A stretch of 32,000 nucleotides of DNA from Candidatus Nitrospira inopinata. GTDB lineage: Bacteria > Nitrospirota > Nitrospiria > Nitrospirales > Nitrospiraceae. Where the stretch lies: contig NZ_LN885086.1 in assembly GCF_001458695.1 (NCBI RefSeq), forward strand, positions 3,120,001 to 3,152,000, written 5' to 3'. The translations under genes were made by a program, and so were the position numbers. Position 1 is the stretch's first letter, and the number at the start of each line of letters is the position of its first letter. Below the pieces are notes generated by a model, which was not told the origin of the DNA, ran no database searches, and saw nothing but the letters and a program-made list of their open reading frames with translations. Of this stretch, positions 10,312 to 18,461 are shown piece after piece.

Positions 10312-10725
10312 ATGCCGATTGAAAATAAATGGAAGGCCAACTTGGAGAAGGTCGCCTTCGCCAAGCGGTTTCCTGGACTCCTGACGGAATGGCGCGACTG
10401 TCAGGGTAAAACGGTCGAAGCCGTGATACCGCTCACGGGCAGACAGGGCGCCGCCGTCGTCAGTTTCACCGACGGGACTTTCTTCGTCGTGCCTCCCTTG
10501 GCGCCCGAGGCGTGGGAACTGGGGCAAGCTTTGGTGGACGCTAGATCCAACCTCGAACCCAAACACCGATCGGCGTATGAGGAATATGATCGGCTGGCCG
10601 CAAAAGACGCCGAAGCGCTTCGCTCGGCCCGATTGGAAAAAATCGTCGGGGCGATTCAAAATAACGTGGACCGGATCCCCGAGTTGAAAGAGCGCATCAA
10701 AGCGCTTGTTCAGGAGTGGAAGTGA
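10312..10725 (+). CDS. Hypothetical protein
   Basis: 137 aa with protein-like composition. It lies 11 nt after the ferredoxin gene. The antisense ORF 10258..10890 looks like a shadow. Confidence 0.55.
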   Translation: MPIENKWKANLEKVAFAKRFPGLLTEWRDCQGKTVEAVIPLTGRQGAAVVSFTDGTFFVVPPLAPEAWELGQALVDARSNLEPKHRSAYEEYDRLAAKDAEALRSARLEKIVGAIQNNVDRIPELKERIKALVQEWK

Positions 10726-11018
10726 GCGGCCGGCCCACCAAGAACATGTTCGAGATCTTTTCGCAAGGTCTTTTCGAAGGAGTGACGCCCATGATGGTTG
10801 TTCGCGATCACCTTGTCCGCCATCCAGACCGTTGCACCCATCAAGCCGTCTGCGTGCCGATCTGCCCGACTGGCGCGTGGCTCTCCACACCCCCTTACAA
10901 GTTCGATCCCTCGCGCTGTCTTGAAAGTTGCCGCCTCTGCCTCGATGCCTGTCCCTCGCAAGCCATCTACGGCGTGTTCAAGAAAGGCGACAAGCTGTTG
11001 GAGCCGCAGAAGAAGTAA
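10716..11018 (+). CDS. Putative small 4Fe-4S ferredoxin-like protein
   Basis: CLESCRLCLDACP (C-x3-C-x2-C-x3-CP) plus an upstream degenerate C...C..ICP half-site. The start is uncertain (GTG 10716 overlapping the upstream gene, or ATG 10746). Confidence 0.45.
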   Translation: MEVSGRPTKNMFEIFSQGLFEGVTPMMVVRDHLVRHPDRCTHQAVCVPICPTGAWLSTPPYKFDPSRCLESCRLCLDACPSQAIYGVFKKGDKLLEPQKK

Positions 11019-11151
11019 TCATAAAAACGGCGTACGGACGCACGGTCTCCAAAATCAAAAATACCGACGTTCTATCCCTCGCTATGCCGCCGACGGTTTG
11101 TCGCACTCCCATGACAGTAGTCCATGGGACAGAGAGAGGGAGCCTGGCTCG

Positions 11152-12189
11152 TCACGCAAGTTGTTTGCGCAGATGGCCCCAGTAGGCCGTGCCGGCATAG
11201 CCGCAGGCGACGGTGCCGGTCGTCATGGCCATGATCCGATAGACCTTGCTGCGCGGGATTTTCACCTTGACGGCGGGATTCAAGAGGTCGGGAGATTGCA
11301 GCACCAGTTTGAGAGACTCGCCTGCCGAGAGGATCGGCCACATGCAGGAGAGCCTGAGCCTTGTCTCGTAGCGGGGAACCGCCATGGTATAGAGCCAACC
11401 CTGATCAAGGTGTTCAACCGCCATGCGCACGAGCTTGGTTAACACCGGCCTGAAACGAGGAAGATTAGCTTGATCCAAGAGATCGCGCGGCTTCAGCCCC
11501 GCCTCGGCCAACATCGGCTCGGGCACGTAACATCGCCCTTTTTGAAGATCGTGCGCGAGGTCTTTGACGATGTTGGTCAATTGAAGCCCTTTTCCAAATC
11601 TCACGCCGATTGACGCCATATCCTGCACATTCCAGGATGCCAACGCCTTCCGATGGGCGCACATCAGATCCGTCCAAAACTCTCCCACACAGCCGGCCAC
11701 GTGATAGGTATAGAGGTCGAGTTCGTCAAGCGTCTTGAGAGCCGCAAGGTCTTCGGCGGATCGGCCGGGGAATGCCCTCAAATCCATCTCCATTCCTTGC
11801 GTGAGCGTCGTCATGAGCCGCCGAACCCGGCGACGGTCGTCCGGAGAGAAATCAAGAAACAGCCGGAAACATTCATCCAGTCGTTCGAGCAGAACACGCT
11901 CCGCCGACTCAGGCTGAAACGGCGCGACCGCGCGTTGAACGTCTCGGAGCCGTTCCCAGACAATGCGATCGTCGGCGAATTGGTCCCGGAAGCGACCGAG
12001 CAGCTCCAATCGCCGATGCCGCTCAATGATGTCCGTGTCCGCGATCGTGTCGGCGGCGCGTGCGAAGAGGTAGGCCAGACCGACTTGATCCCGCACGTTT
12101 GCGGGAACGACGGCCAACGTCGTAAAAAAGAGCCTCGATACCCGTTTAAGAAGATCGTGAAGAAGCGCGCGTTTGGACGAGGCGGCCAT
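11152..12189 (-). CDS. Squalene/phytoene synthase family protein (HpnC/HpnD-like)
   Basis: Asp-rich motifs YLFARAADTIAD and NIVKDLAHDLQKGRCYVP. ATG 12189 is preceded by GAGGGAGGG, whereas the track start 12285 adds an Arg/Glu-rich leader. Confidence 0.75.
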   Translation of the reverse strand: MAASSKRALLHDLLKRVSRLFFTTLAVVPANVRDQVGLAYLFARAADTIADTDIIERHRRLELLGRFRDQFADDRIVWERLRDVQRAVAPFQPESAERVLLERLDECFRLFLDFSPDDRRRVRRLMTTLTQGMEMDLRAFPGRSAEDLAALKTLDELDLYTYHVAGCVGEFWTDLMCAHRKALASWNVQDMASIGVRFGKGLQLTNIVKDLAHDLQKGRCYVPEPMLAEAGLKPRDLLDQANLPRFRPVLTKLVRMAVEHLDQGWLYTMAVPRYETRLRLSCMWPILSAGESLKLVLQSPDLLNPAVKVKIPRSKVYRIMAMTTGTVACGYAGTAYWGHLRKQLA

Positions 12190-12481
12190 CGCAGCCCTCC
12201 CTCTCGGCTTCCCCTCGGTTTCCCCTTCTTCTCCGCGCCGCTTTTCCCGGATGGAATCGGAGGCCGGATGAACACGGTCAAGCATAAGGCTTTGTACCGC
12301 AAGACGGTGGAGGGGTCAATCTCATGCCTCGCTCAGACCTTGGGACTTTCTTCTTCTCATGGAACGGTCGCATCTTGACTTTTAGACTCACAGCCTTATT
12401 CTTCAACCAGTTAGGCCGGATGAGGATCAAGACCAGGATAGGCAGAGGGATTCCGGATATCAGGCCTGCTTGGACTTTGTG

Positions 12482-12487
12482 TATAAT
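12482..12487 (+). promoter_or_regulatory. Candidate -10 box (TATAAT) upstream of htpX
   Basis: A perfect TATAAT lies 62 nt upstream of the htpX ATG. The -35 is poor. AAGGAGG RBS at 12537-12543. Confidence 0.3.
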
Positions 12488-12549
12488 GGGGGTCGCCGCC
12501 TCTTCTCAACGGGACGCGAGGACGCGGTGAACTCGCAAGGAGGACGTCA

Positions 12550-13437
12550 ATGAAGTGGATGAAAGGCATGTTTCTGCTCCTGATGGCCAATATTCTGATC
12601 ATGGTGACGCTTTCGATCACCGTTCCGATTTTGCTGAACGTCATTCTGCCCATGTTCGGCATCGACCTGCGCGGCTCGATCGATCTTTCGACGTTGGTTT
12701 GGGCCGCAGCCTTTGGATTCGGGGGCGCGTTTATCAGCTTGGCTTTCTCCAAGCAGATGGCCCGCTCGATGCTTGATTGCAGACAAATCACCCAGCCTCG
12801 CTCACACGCCGAACAAGTGATCTATGGCTCGGTCCAAGAGATCGCACAACGGCTGCGCATCAAGATGCCGGAAGTGTGGATCTACAATTCGCCGGACCCC
12901 AACGCCTTCGCCACCGGCCCCAGCAAAAACAACTCGATGGTCGCCGTGTCGACCGGGTTGCTTGAAAACCTGCGCGAGGAAGAAGTCAAAGCGGTTCTCG
13001 CCCACGAAATGGGCCATGTCTATAACGGCGACATGTTCGCCACCACCGTTCTCGCCGGGCTGATGAATACGTTCGTGTACTATATCGCCATGTGGGTGCG
13101 GCGCGTCTTCGCGGAACGCGACCAAGCCGCTCTGGGATTTGCCCTGTCGCTGGTTCTTCAGATCGTCGTCAGCATCCTGGCGTCGATCCTGATCAGTTGG
13201 TTCTCTCGCCGCCGCGAGTTCGGAGCCGACGCTTTTGCGGCCAAGGTATATGGAAAAGACTCCATGATCGGCGCTCTGCGCGCCATCGACCGGTGGGTCA
13301 CCCGCGCTCAATTCCAATACTCGTCGCAAGACGCGCTGGCCACCATGAAAATCTCCGGCAAAACCGGCGGCTTCATGAGCCTGTTCTCGACACATCCGCC
13401 GATTGAAGCCCGTATCGCGGCGCTGGAGCGACTCTAA
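12550..13437 (+). CDS. htpX: Membrane zinc metalloprotease HtpX (M48)
   Basis: HEMGHV zinc motif, four hydrophobic segments and the C-terminal FSTHPP...RI..L motif. Confidence 0.95.
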   Translation: MKWMKGMFLLLMANILIMVTLSITVPILLNVILPMFGIDLRGSIDLSTLVWAAAFGFGGAFISLAFSKQMARSMLDCRQITQPRSHAEQVIYGSVQEIAQRLRIKMPEVWIYNSPDPNAFATGPSKNNSMVAVSTGLLENLREEEVKAVLAHEMGHVYNGDMFATTVLAGLMNTFVYYIAMWVRRVFAERDQAALGFALSLVLQIVVSILASILISWFSRRREFGADAFAAKVYGKDSMIGALRAIDRWVTRAQFQYSSQDALATMKISGKTGGFMSLFSTHPPIEARIAALERL

Positions 13438-13760
13438 GTCGCTCGTTTCCAGAACGAAAGGTGGGCGCGGTATTCATGAATGGCCGCGCCCAACGCCTCT
13501 TTCCCTCGTGGAATGTTCGCTTCCAGAGCCGCCTCCACCAGCGGATCGTCGATCTCAACGTCGTAACGATCTTGAAAATTGGTCCTGACGGGCCCGACCG
13601 TGACATCCCGGGGCATGAAAATTTCTTTCCACACTTCCTTCTCAACCAAACAGACGTCCCGAAATCGTTCATAGAGCAACGTCAGCCTCTCAGGATCCGT
13701 GATTTTGATACGATTCTCCGTCGTCATGGCGTCCTCTTGCATCCACCGGTGTCCGCGCAT
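13434..13760 (-). CDS. Hypothetical protein
   Basis: 108-aa ORF. A likelier start is ATG 13727 (AGAGGA 6 nt upstream, MTTENRIKI...). Its stop overlaps the htpX stop (CTAA). No family recognised. Confidence 0.5.
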   Translation of the reverse strand: MRGHRWMQEDAMTTENRIKITDPERLTLLYERFRDVCLVEKEVWKEIFMPRDVTVGPVRTNFQDRYDVEIDDPLVEAALEANIPRGKEALGAAIHEYRAHLSFWKRAT

Positions 13761-13781
13761 ACCCCCCTTTTAAGCCCGTTC

Positions 13782-14438
13782 TCACTGTTTTCCGTTCGTG
13801 CCGGTGCTTTCAACCGGCTTGGACGACTCCGCTTCAGCGATCGCAAAGCGCATGGTCCCGACTTGATTCACGGCGTGGAACGGTTGTTGACCTAATGGGG
13901 CGATGAAAATTTTAGCCAGATAATTGCCGATCATCCAAGCCTCCCCCGGCCGCTTCAATTCAAGAAAACCGTATCGTTCATGACCGGGCACCTCAAGAAC
14001 GTCTCTCCCATTCAAGCCGGGGCTCAACCGCCCCTCCGGCTCCTCAAAAAACCATTGCACGCCGAACTGCGCCGGGTCTTCTAAAGGCGCCACCTCAAAG
14101 ACGATATAGACAACCGGCGTGTCCGGTGAAAATACCGATCCCGGTTCGACCGGTTTGAGCCGAGGGTCCTGAGTGTACCAGCCCTGTCGCCCGAACGTGT
14201 CCCATTCGACTTCATATCCTTTCGCCATCGTGATCCACGTAAACAGGGATTGGGGGATTCCCTGCCGCTGTTCGTCAAACGACGGACTCTGCGTGGGGCC
14301 GATCTCCGTCGTTTCCTGCTCTTTCGGAGCCAGCAAGTCCCTGGCGTCGGCCCGTGACACGGACCACACCGCCGGGCTGGTCGATAGCCAGGCGGAAACG
14401 AGAACGGTGGCGAAGGAGTATAAGCCGGCGGCTCTCAT
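13782..14438 (-). CDS. Hypothetical exported protein
   Basis: 218 aa with an N-terminal hydrophobic signal-like segment (AAGLYSFATVLVSAWLSTSPAVWS). Lies 21 nt upstream of the previous ORF. Confidence 0.55.
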   Translation of the reverse strand: MRAAGLYSFATVLVSAWLSTSPAVWSVSRADARDLLAPKEQETTEIGPTQSPSFDEQRQGIPQSLFTWITMAKGYEVEWDTFGRQGWYTQDPRLKPVEPGSVFSPDTPVVYIVFEVAPLEDPAQFGVQWFFEEPEGRLSPGLNGRDVLEVPGHERYGFLELKRPGEAWMIGNYLAKIFIAPLGQQPFHAVNQVGTMRFAIAEAESSKPVESTGTNGKQ

Positions 14439-14634
14439 GGATTTATGCTAGCGAGGGGATCCCGCAGGGTCAATAAAGGCCGTCATCAACCGATGGGGAA
14501 AGTACGGGGAAAGTAACGAGCGTCGTCCGCCGTTAAACGGCAGGCGGGAGGATGGAACCGAAAGAAGACGAGGGCTCAACCGGAAATCATTCCGACATGC
14601 TCGCCGACACTCTCCGATCTTCCGCGAGCGCCGG

Positions 14635-14865
14635 TCAGCGGGGCGGCTCGGTCTGGGTGCCGGTCCGATTCCGCTCTTCTTGTTTCAAGTTTTCAAAGGC
14701 CTTGTCCGCGTGACCGCGAACCTGGTCCGGTGTGACGGTCGGCGGCGACGGCTTGGGTTGTTCGCCCGCGCAACCGACGAGTCCCGACAAGAGAACAAGC
14801 AGGCCGACCGCTCCAACGGCCAGGCTATCGTGAGACCGTTTCCGGAAAGCTCCCGTCTCGTTCAT
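14635..14865 (-). CDS. Small lipoprotein
   Basis: ATG 14865 is preceded by GAAGGAGGA. The signal peptide ends in the lipobox LVGC. Confidence 0.6.
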   Translation of the reverse strand: MNETGAFRKRSHDSLAVGAVGLLVLLSGLVGCAGEQPKPSPPTVTPDQVRGHADKAFENLKQEERNRTGTQTEPPR

Positions 14866-15021
14866 GCTCGTCCTCCTTCTTTTTTTATCGATTCGGCGAG
14901 GCGATCGCCCGATGATCCGCAACGAACTTTTTCACCAGCAAGATTTCCGTGTGGACATCATACCTCGCGAGATGCCGGAAACACCATGCTATCATCCCTC
15001 TATCACCCTTATCGCGTCTCG

Positions 15022-15050
15022 TTGACTCACCGAACGCGCGGGAGTATTCT
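15022..15050 (+). promoter_or_regulatory. Candidate sigma-70 promoter for yqeY
   Basis: TTGACT, 17 nt spacer, TATTCT. It lies 41 nt upstream of ATG 15091, which has GAGG 7 nt upstream. Confidence 0.4.
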
Positions 15051-15090
15051 TCACCGTGAAGCCCGCCTTGCCTCAACCGACGAGGTTCTC

Positions 15091-15540
15091 ATGTCGCTGC
15101 GTGATCGCTTGGCCGAAGACCTGAAGCTCGCCATGAAGTCGAAGGATCAGCTTCGGATGGATGTCATCCGTTTAATCAAAGCGGCCATTTTGAACAAAGA
15201 ACTGGAGTTGAAAAAAGACCTGGACGACGCCGAGATGAGTCGGCTCATGACGACGCTCATCAAGCAGCGCCGCGACTCCATCGCCCAATACGAGCGGGCC
15301 GGTCGAACGGATTTGGCGGAGAAAGAACAAAAAGAAATCACCATCATCGAGACGTACCTTCCACAACCTCCATCCATGGGAGAAATCGAACACCTGATCG
15401 CCTCGGCGATTGAAGAAATGGGAGCCCGGTCCCCCAAGGACATGGGCATCGTCATGAAGGCCGTCATGGCTCGTCTTGCGGGTCGGACCGTCGATGGGAA
15501 AATGGTCAGCGATCTGGTCCGCGCCAAACTGTCGACGTAG
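15091..15540 (+). CDS. yqeY: GatB/YqeY domain protein
   Basis: MSLRDRLAEDLKLAMKSKD...RLIKAAI...IKQRRDSI..Y..AGR.DLAEKE..EI.IIE.YLP is the typical YqeY sequence. The track ORF from 14680 adds a spurious N-terminus. Confidence 0.9.
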   Translation: MSLRDRLAEDLKLAMKSKDQLRMDVIRLIKAAILNKELELKKDLDDAEMSRLMTTLIKQRRDSIAQYERAGRTDLAEKEQKEITIIETYLPQPPSMGEIEHLIASAIEEMGARSPKDMGIVMKAVMARLAGRTVDGKMVSDLVRAKLST

Positions 15541-15582
15541 CCGTCTGCTATACTTACTACCCTGACCCTAAAGATGAAACCC

Positions 15583-15608
15583 GTTCGCCCGTCGGCGGAC
15601 GTTTTTTT
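15583..15608 (+). terminator. Rho-independent terminator after yqeY
   Basis: 7-bp stem gttcgcc/ggcggac (one G-U pair), 4-nt loop, followed by gTTTTTTT. Confidence 0.6.
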
Positions 15609-15630
15609 CGGCATCCGATAAAGACGATCG

Positions 15631-16269
15631 ATGGCCATTCTCATCGTCGATGATTCAGCCGATCAGCAGCTTCTCCTGAGATCCATCCTCACGAACGCCG
15701 GCCACTCCGACGTCATAACGGCCGAGTCGGCGCAGACGGCCTTTTCGGCGTTGCCCCTCGACGCCGGACAAGACCGTTCGTCCATCGACTTGATCCTCAT
15801 GGACATCCTCATGCCGAATCTCAACGGCATCGACGCGTGCAGGCTGATCAAGCAGCGGGACCATCTTCGAGACATCCCGATCATCATGGTCACGGCCAAA
15901 AACAACCCGGACGACTTGAGCGAAGCGTTCTCGGCGGGAGCCATGGATTACATCTCCAAGCCGGTCAACGGCGTCGAGTTGCTGGCTCGCGTAACGTCCG
16001 CCTTGACGCTCAAGCGGGAAATGGATTGCCGCAAAGAACGGGAGGCCGAGCTGCGGCGCAGCAACGAGGAGCTGCAGCGGGCGCTCAAGGAAGTCAAAGT
16101 GCTCCGCGGCCTGATTCCCATCTGCGCGTCCTGCAAAAACATCCGCACCGACGATGGATTGTGGACGCGCATCGAAGAATATCTGAGCGAACACTCCGAG
16201 GTTCAATTCAGCCACGGCCTCTGCCAACCCTGTATCAAAAAGCTTTATCCTGGTGTTTGCCAGGACTAA
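15631..16269 (+). CDS. Response regulator (REC) with coiled-coil linker and C-terminal Cys-rich CxxC...H...CxxC tail
   Basis: REC motifs [14 protein letters not shown] (phospho-Asp), MVTAK and SKP. The C-terminal tail is LIPICASCKNIRTDDGLWTRIEEYLSEHSEVQFSHGLCQPCIKKLYP. Confidence 0.85.
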   Translation: MAILIVDDSADQQLLLRSILTNAGHSDVITAESAQTAFSALPLDAGQDRSSIDLILMDILMPNLNGIDACRLIKQRDHLRDIPIIMVTAKNNPDDLSEAFSAGAMDYISKPVNGVELLARVTSALTLKREMDCRKEREAELRRSNEELQRALKEVKVLRGLIPICASCKNIRTDDGLWTRIEEYLSEHSEVQFSHGLCQPCIKKLYPGVCQD

Positions 16270-16311
16270 TTGCTAGGATTCGACCCATCTCGGCATGAGA
16301 GCGTATGTCGT

Positions 16312-17316
16312 ATGAGTATCCTGATCGTTGACGACTCGCCGGACGACCGCGAATTGCTCAAAACCATCCTCCTGTCGTCCGGATATGAAGACGTCGTCAC
16401 GACCGACTCCGCCGCCGCCGCCTTCGAGTACCTGGGGCTTGACGGAAGCAACGAGCCCCCCGCTCAGGTGAACCTCATCTTGATGGACATCCTCATGCCT
16501 CAAACCAGCGGAATCGAGGCCTGCCGCCGGATCAAAGCCGTCACGCGGTACCGCGACACCCCCGTCATCATGATCACCGCCAAAACCGACCCGGCCGATC
16601 TTCAACAGGCCTTCGCAGCCGGCGCGATGGATTACATCGCCAAGCCGATCAACAGGATCGAGCTTCTGACAAGGGTGCGATCCGTCCTGCGCCTGGTCCA
16701 TGAAATCGAACGGCGACGCTCGCGCGAGCAGGAGCTGCTCGAAGTCATGCGCCAATTGCAGGAAGCCAACCAAATGCTTCTTCGCCTCTCTTGTTTGGAC
16801 GGCTTGACGGGCATCACCAACCGTCGCCAATTCGACGACTTTCTGGACCAGGAATGGCGGCGGGCGGCTCGCGAGGCGACTCCGCTCTCCCTCATCATGT
16901 TCGATATCGACCAGTTCAAAACCTATAACGACACCAAAGGCCACATGGCCGGAGACGAGTGCCTCAAACGAGTCTCGGCCGCGATCTCCAGCGCCGTGAA
17001 TCGGCCCGGCGACCTTGTCGCCCGCTACGGAGGCGACGAGTTTGCCATCGTGTTGCCGGGCACCTCCATTGAAGGCGCCGCGCAGGTGGCCGAGAACCTT
17101 CGCCGCCGGGTCGAATGTCTCGGAATCAAGAACGTCGACGGAGGACTGATTACCATCAGCGTCGGCTATGCCTGTCTGACCCCCACCAGGAACACCTCTC
17201 CTACTGATCTCATCAAAGCGGCCGATCAGGCCCTCTATCAAGCCAAACAAGAGGGGCGCAATCGGATCCGACCGGCCGGCACCTTGTCACTCGTGCGGGA
17301 TTCCCACGGGAATTAG
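16312..17316 (+). CDS. Response-regulator diguanylate cyclase (REC-GGDEF, PleD/WspR-like)
   Basis: The REC domain is a paralogue of the upstream gene. The GGDEF domain has the RYGGDEF active site and an RPGD I-site (RxxD) five residues upstream. The start is taken at MSILIVDD (16312). Confidence 0.93.
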   Translation: MSILIVDDSPDDRELLKTILLSSGYEDVVTTDSAAAAFEYLGLDGSNEPPAQVNLILMDILMPQTSGIEACRRIKAVTRYRDTPVIMITAKTDPADLQQAFAAGAMDYIAKPINRIELLTRVRSVLRLVHEIERRRSREQELLEVMRQLQEANQMLLRLSCLDGLTGITNRRQFDDFLDQEWRRAAREATPLSLIMFDIDQFKTYNDTKGHMAGDECLKRVSAAISSAVNRPGDLVARYGGDEFAIVLPGTSIEGAAQVAENLRRRVECLGIKNVDGGLITISVGYACLTPTRNTSPTDLIKAADQALYQAKQEGRNRIRPAGTLSLVRDSHGN

Positions 17317-17500
17317 GCTCGTGCGATAAGCGGTTCGAGGACTTCTTATAGTGGAATCTCGGCGACGTCTTGTGTAGAATGCCTCCGCGAATGCGAGCGC
17401 GACACCTCCCCGTTCTCCTGACCCAGGTTCCATGTTGCGCAATCAGGCGCAGCCAACCCTGACGGTTTCCACGTGCTCGGTTCGCATCAGTAGCAAGCGT

Positions 17501-17576
17501 GGGGGGCTAGCTCAGCTGGGAGAGCACTACGTTCGCAACGTAGGGGTCGCGGGTTCGACTCCCGTGCCCTCCACCA
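17501..17576 (+). tRNA. tRNA-Ala (anticodon CGC)
   Basis: GGGGGGCTAGCTCAGCTGGGAGAGCACTACGTTCGCAACGTAGGGGTCGCGGGTTCGACTCCCGTGCCCTCCACCA. It has the G3:U70 identity pair, anticodon loop TTCGCAA, and encoded CCA. Confidence 0.95.
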
Positions 17577-17626
17577 ATTCTCGCGCACGCATGCCGGCCG
17601 CCGTGTTTGATCGCATCCCTGTGGAC

Positions 17627-17807
17627 GGTGCATCCCGACCAAAAGACGACACGCTTTGGTCTCCTCCCCGCCAGGCGGACCTTCGACCAGATCGGCCCCG
17701 CGGAGGTTGAGATACCCGACGCAGAACGAACTGGCCGTGGCATCGGGCAGCGCCGCGTGCAGGCCTTCCAACAGTTTCAGCGCGATGTTGTCAAAAATCT
17801 GCGGCAT
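17627..17807 (-). pseudogene. Possible 5' remnant of a PLD-domain/SNF2-type helicase gene
   Basis: MPQIFDNIALKLLEGLHAALPDATASSFCVGYLNLRG....GGEETKACRLLVGM resembles, from memory, the conserved N-terminus of PLD-nuclease/helicase fusion proteins (..IFDN...L...L......DFCVGYFNLRGW.....GG...CRLLVGM). The similarity stops after about 60 codons and the ORF then runs antisense through the tRNA-Ala gene. Confidence 0.3.
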
Positions 17808-17967
17808 GGAGACTTGCTTTTCAAGGGATCTGACTCAGAGAGCCCCCTTCTCGTCAGGGGCAGTGGGGGATGGTAGGCAACATCCGGTTCCTTGGCAAGG
17901 GTTTTGATGCGTGAAGGGGGAAGAAAGAGAGCCGTACCCGTGACAAGGCAGCCACAGCAGAACGACT

Positions 17968-18204
17968 CTACGGTTTTTCTCCGGGCTTGTCTCGATTGTT
18001 TTTTTTCTCTCGATCCGATGGAGGGAAGTTCCGATTTTGATCGGCATGCCGATCGCCCAACAGGATCGCCGCCACGAGCAACTGAATGCCGACCAACAGC
18101 AGAAACAAGGCGCCGACGTCATACCCGATGTGTTCGGTGAGATAAAATCGTCTCGTGGCAAGCCCGATCGCCAACGCCGAGAGACCGAGCAGAACGATTC
18201 TCAT
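17968..18204 (-). CDS. Putative small two-TM membrane protein
   Basis: 78 aa with two hydrophobic helices and a basic/Pro-rich tail. AAGGCGAGG lies upstream of the ATG. No homology recognised. Confidence 0.4.
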   Translation of the reverse strand: MRIVLLGLSALAIGLATRRFYLTEHIGYDVGALFLLLVGIQLLVAAILLGDRHADQNRNFPPSDREKKNNRDKPGEKP

Positions 18205-18461
18205 AGTCGGAGCCTCGCCTTACTCCGTTTTGCTGTGACGTCTCGTTTACATGTTTCTCGCACCGCCATACCGAGAGTGTCGCTCACCAATTACCGGGCC
18301 GTAATCCGTTTCCGGTTTTGGAATTGCACTTTTTGGGGCTCTTCAGCCTTGCGCTGGACCTGACACCCGCAACCCGACGACTTGAAACGTGCACTGCCCC
18401 AGACGGCGCCTCATCGGCTGCTTCGTCGGGCCGGAAACGGGTCAACCGTGGCACAGCCTTG

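Noticed and set aside
11152-12189. The first Asp-rich motif of the squalene/phytoene synthase looked degenerate (AADTIAD)
   Set aside because: On alignment it still provides DxxxD (D-T-I-A-D), and the second motif (DLAHD) is intact, so there is no basis for calling it inactive.
16273-17250. 325-aa minus-strand ORF antisense to the REC-GGDEF gene; similarly 15655..16227 antisense to the first response regulator
   Set aside because: The + strand encodes textbook REC/GGDEF motifs, and the antisense products are featureless.
17487-17626. The 3' part of ORF 17487..17807 as coding sequence
   Set aside because: It runs antisense across the tRNA-Ala gene. Only the first 60 or so codons show any family resemblance.
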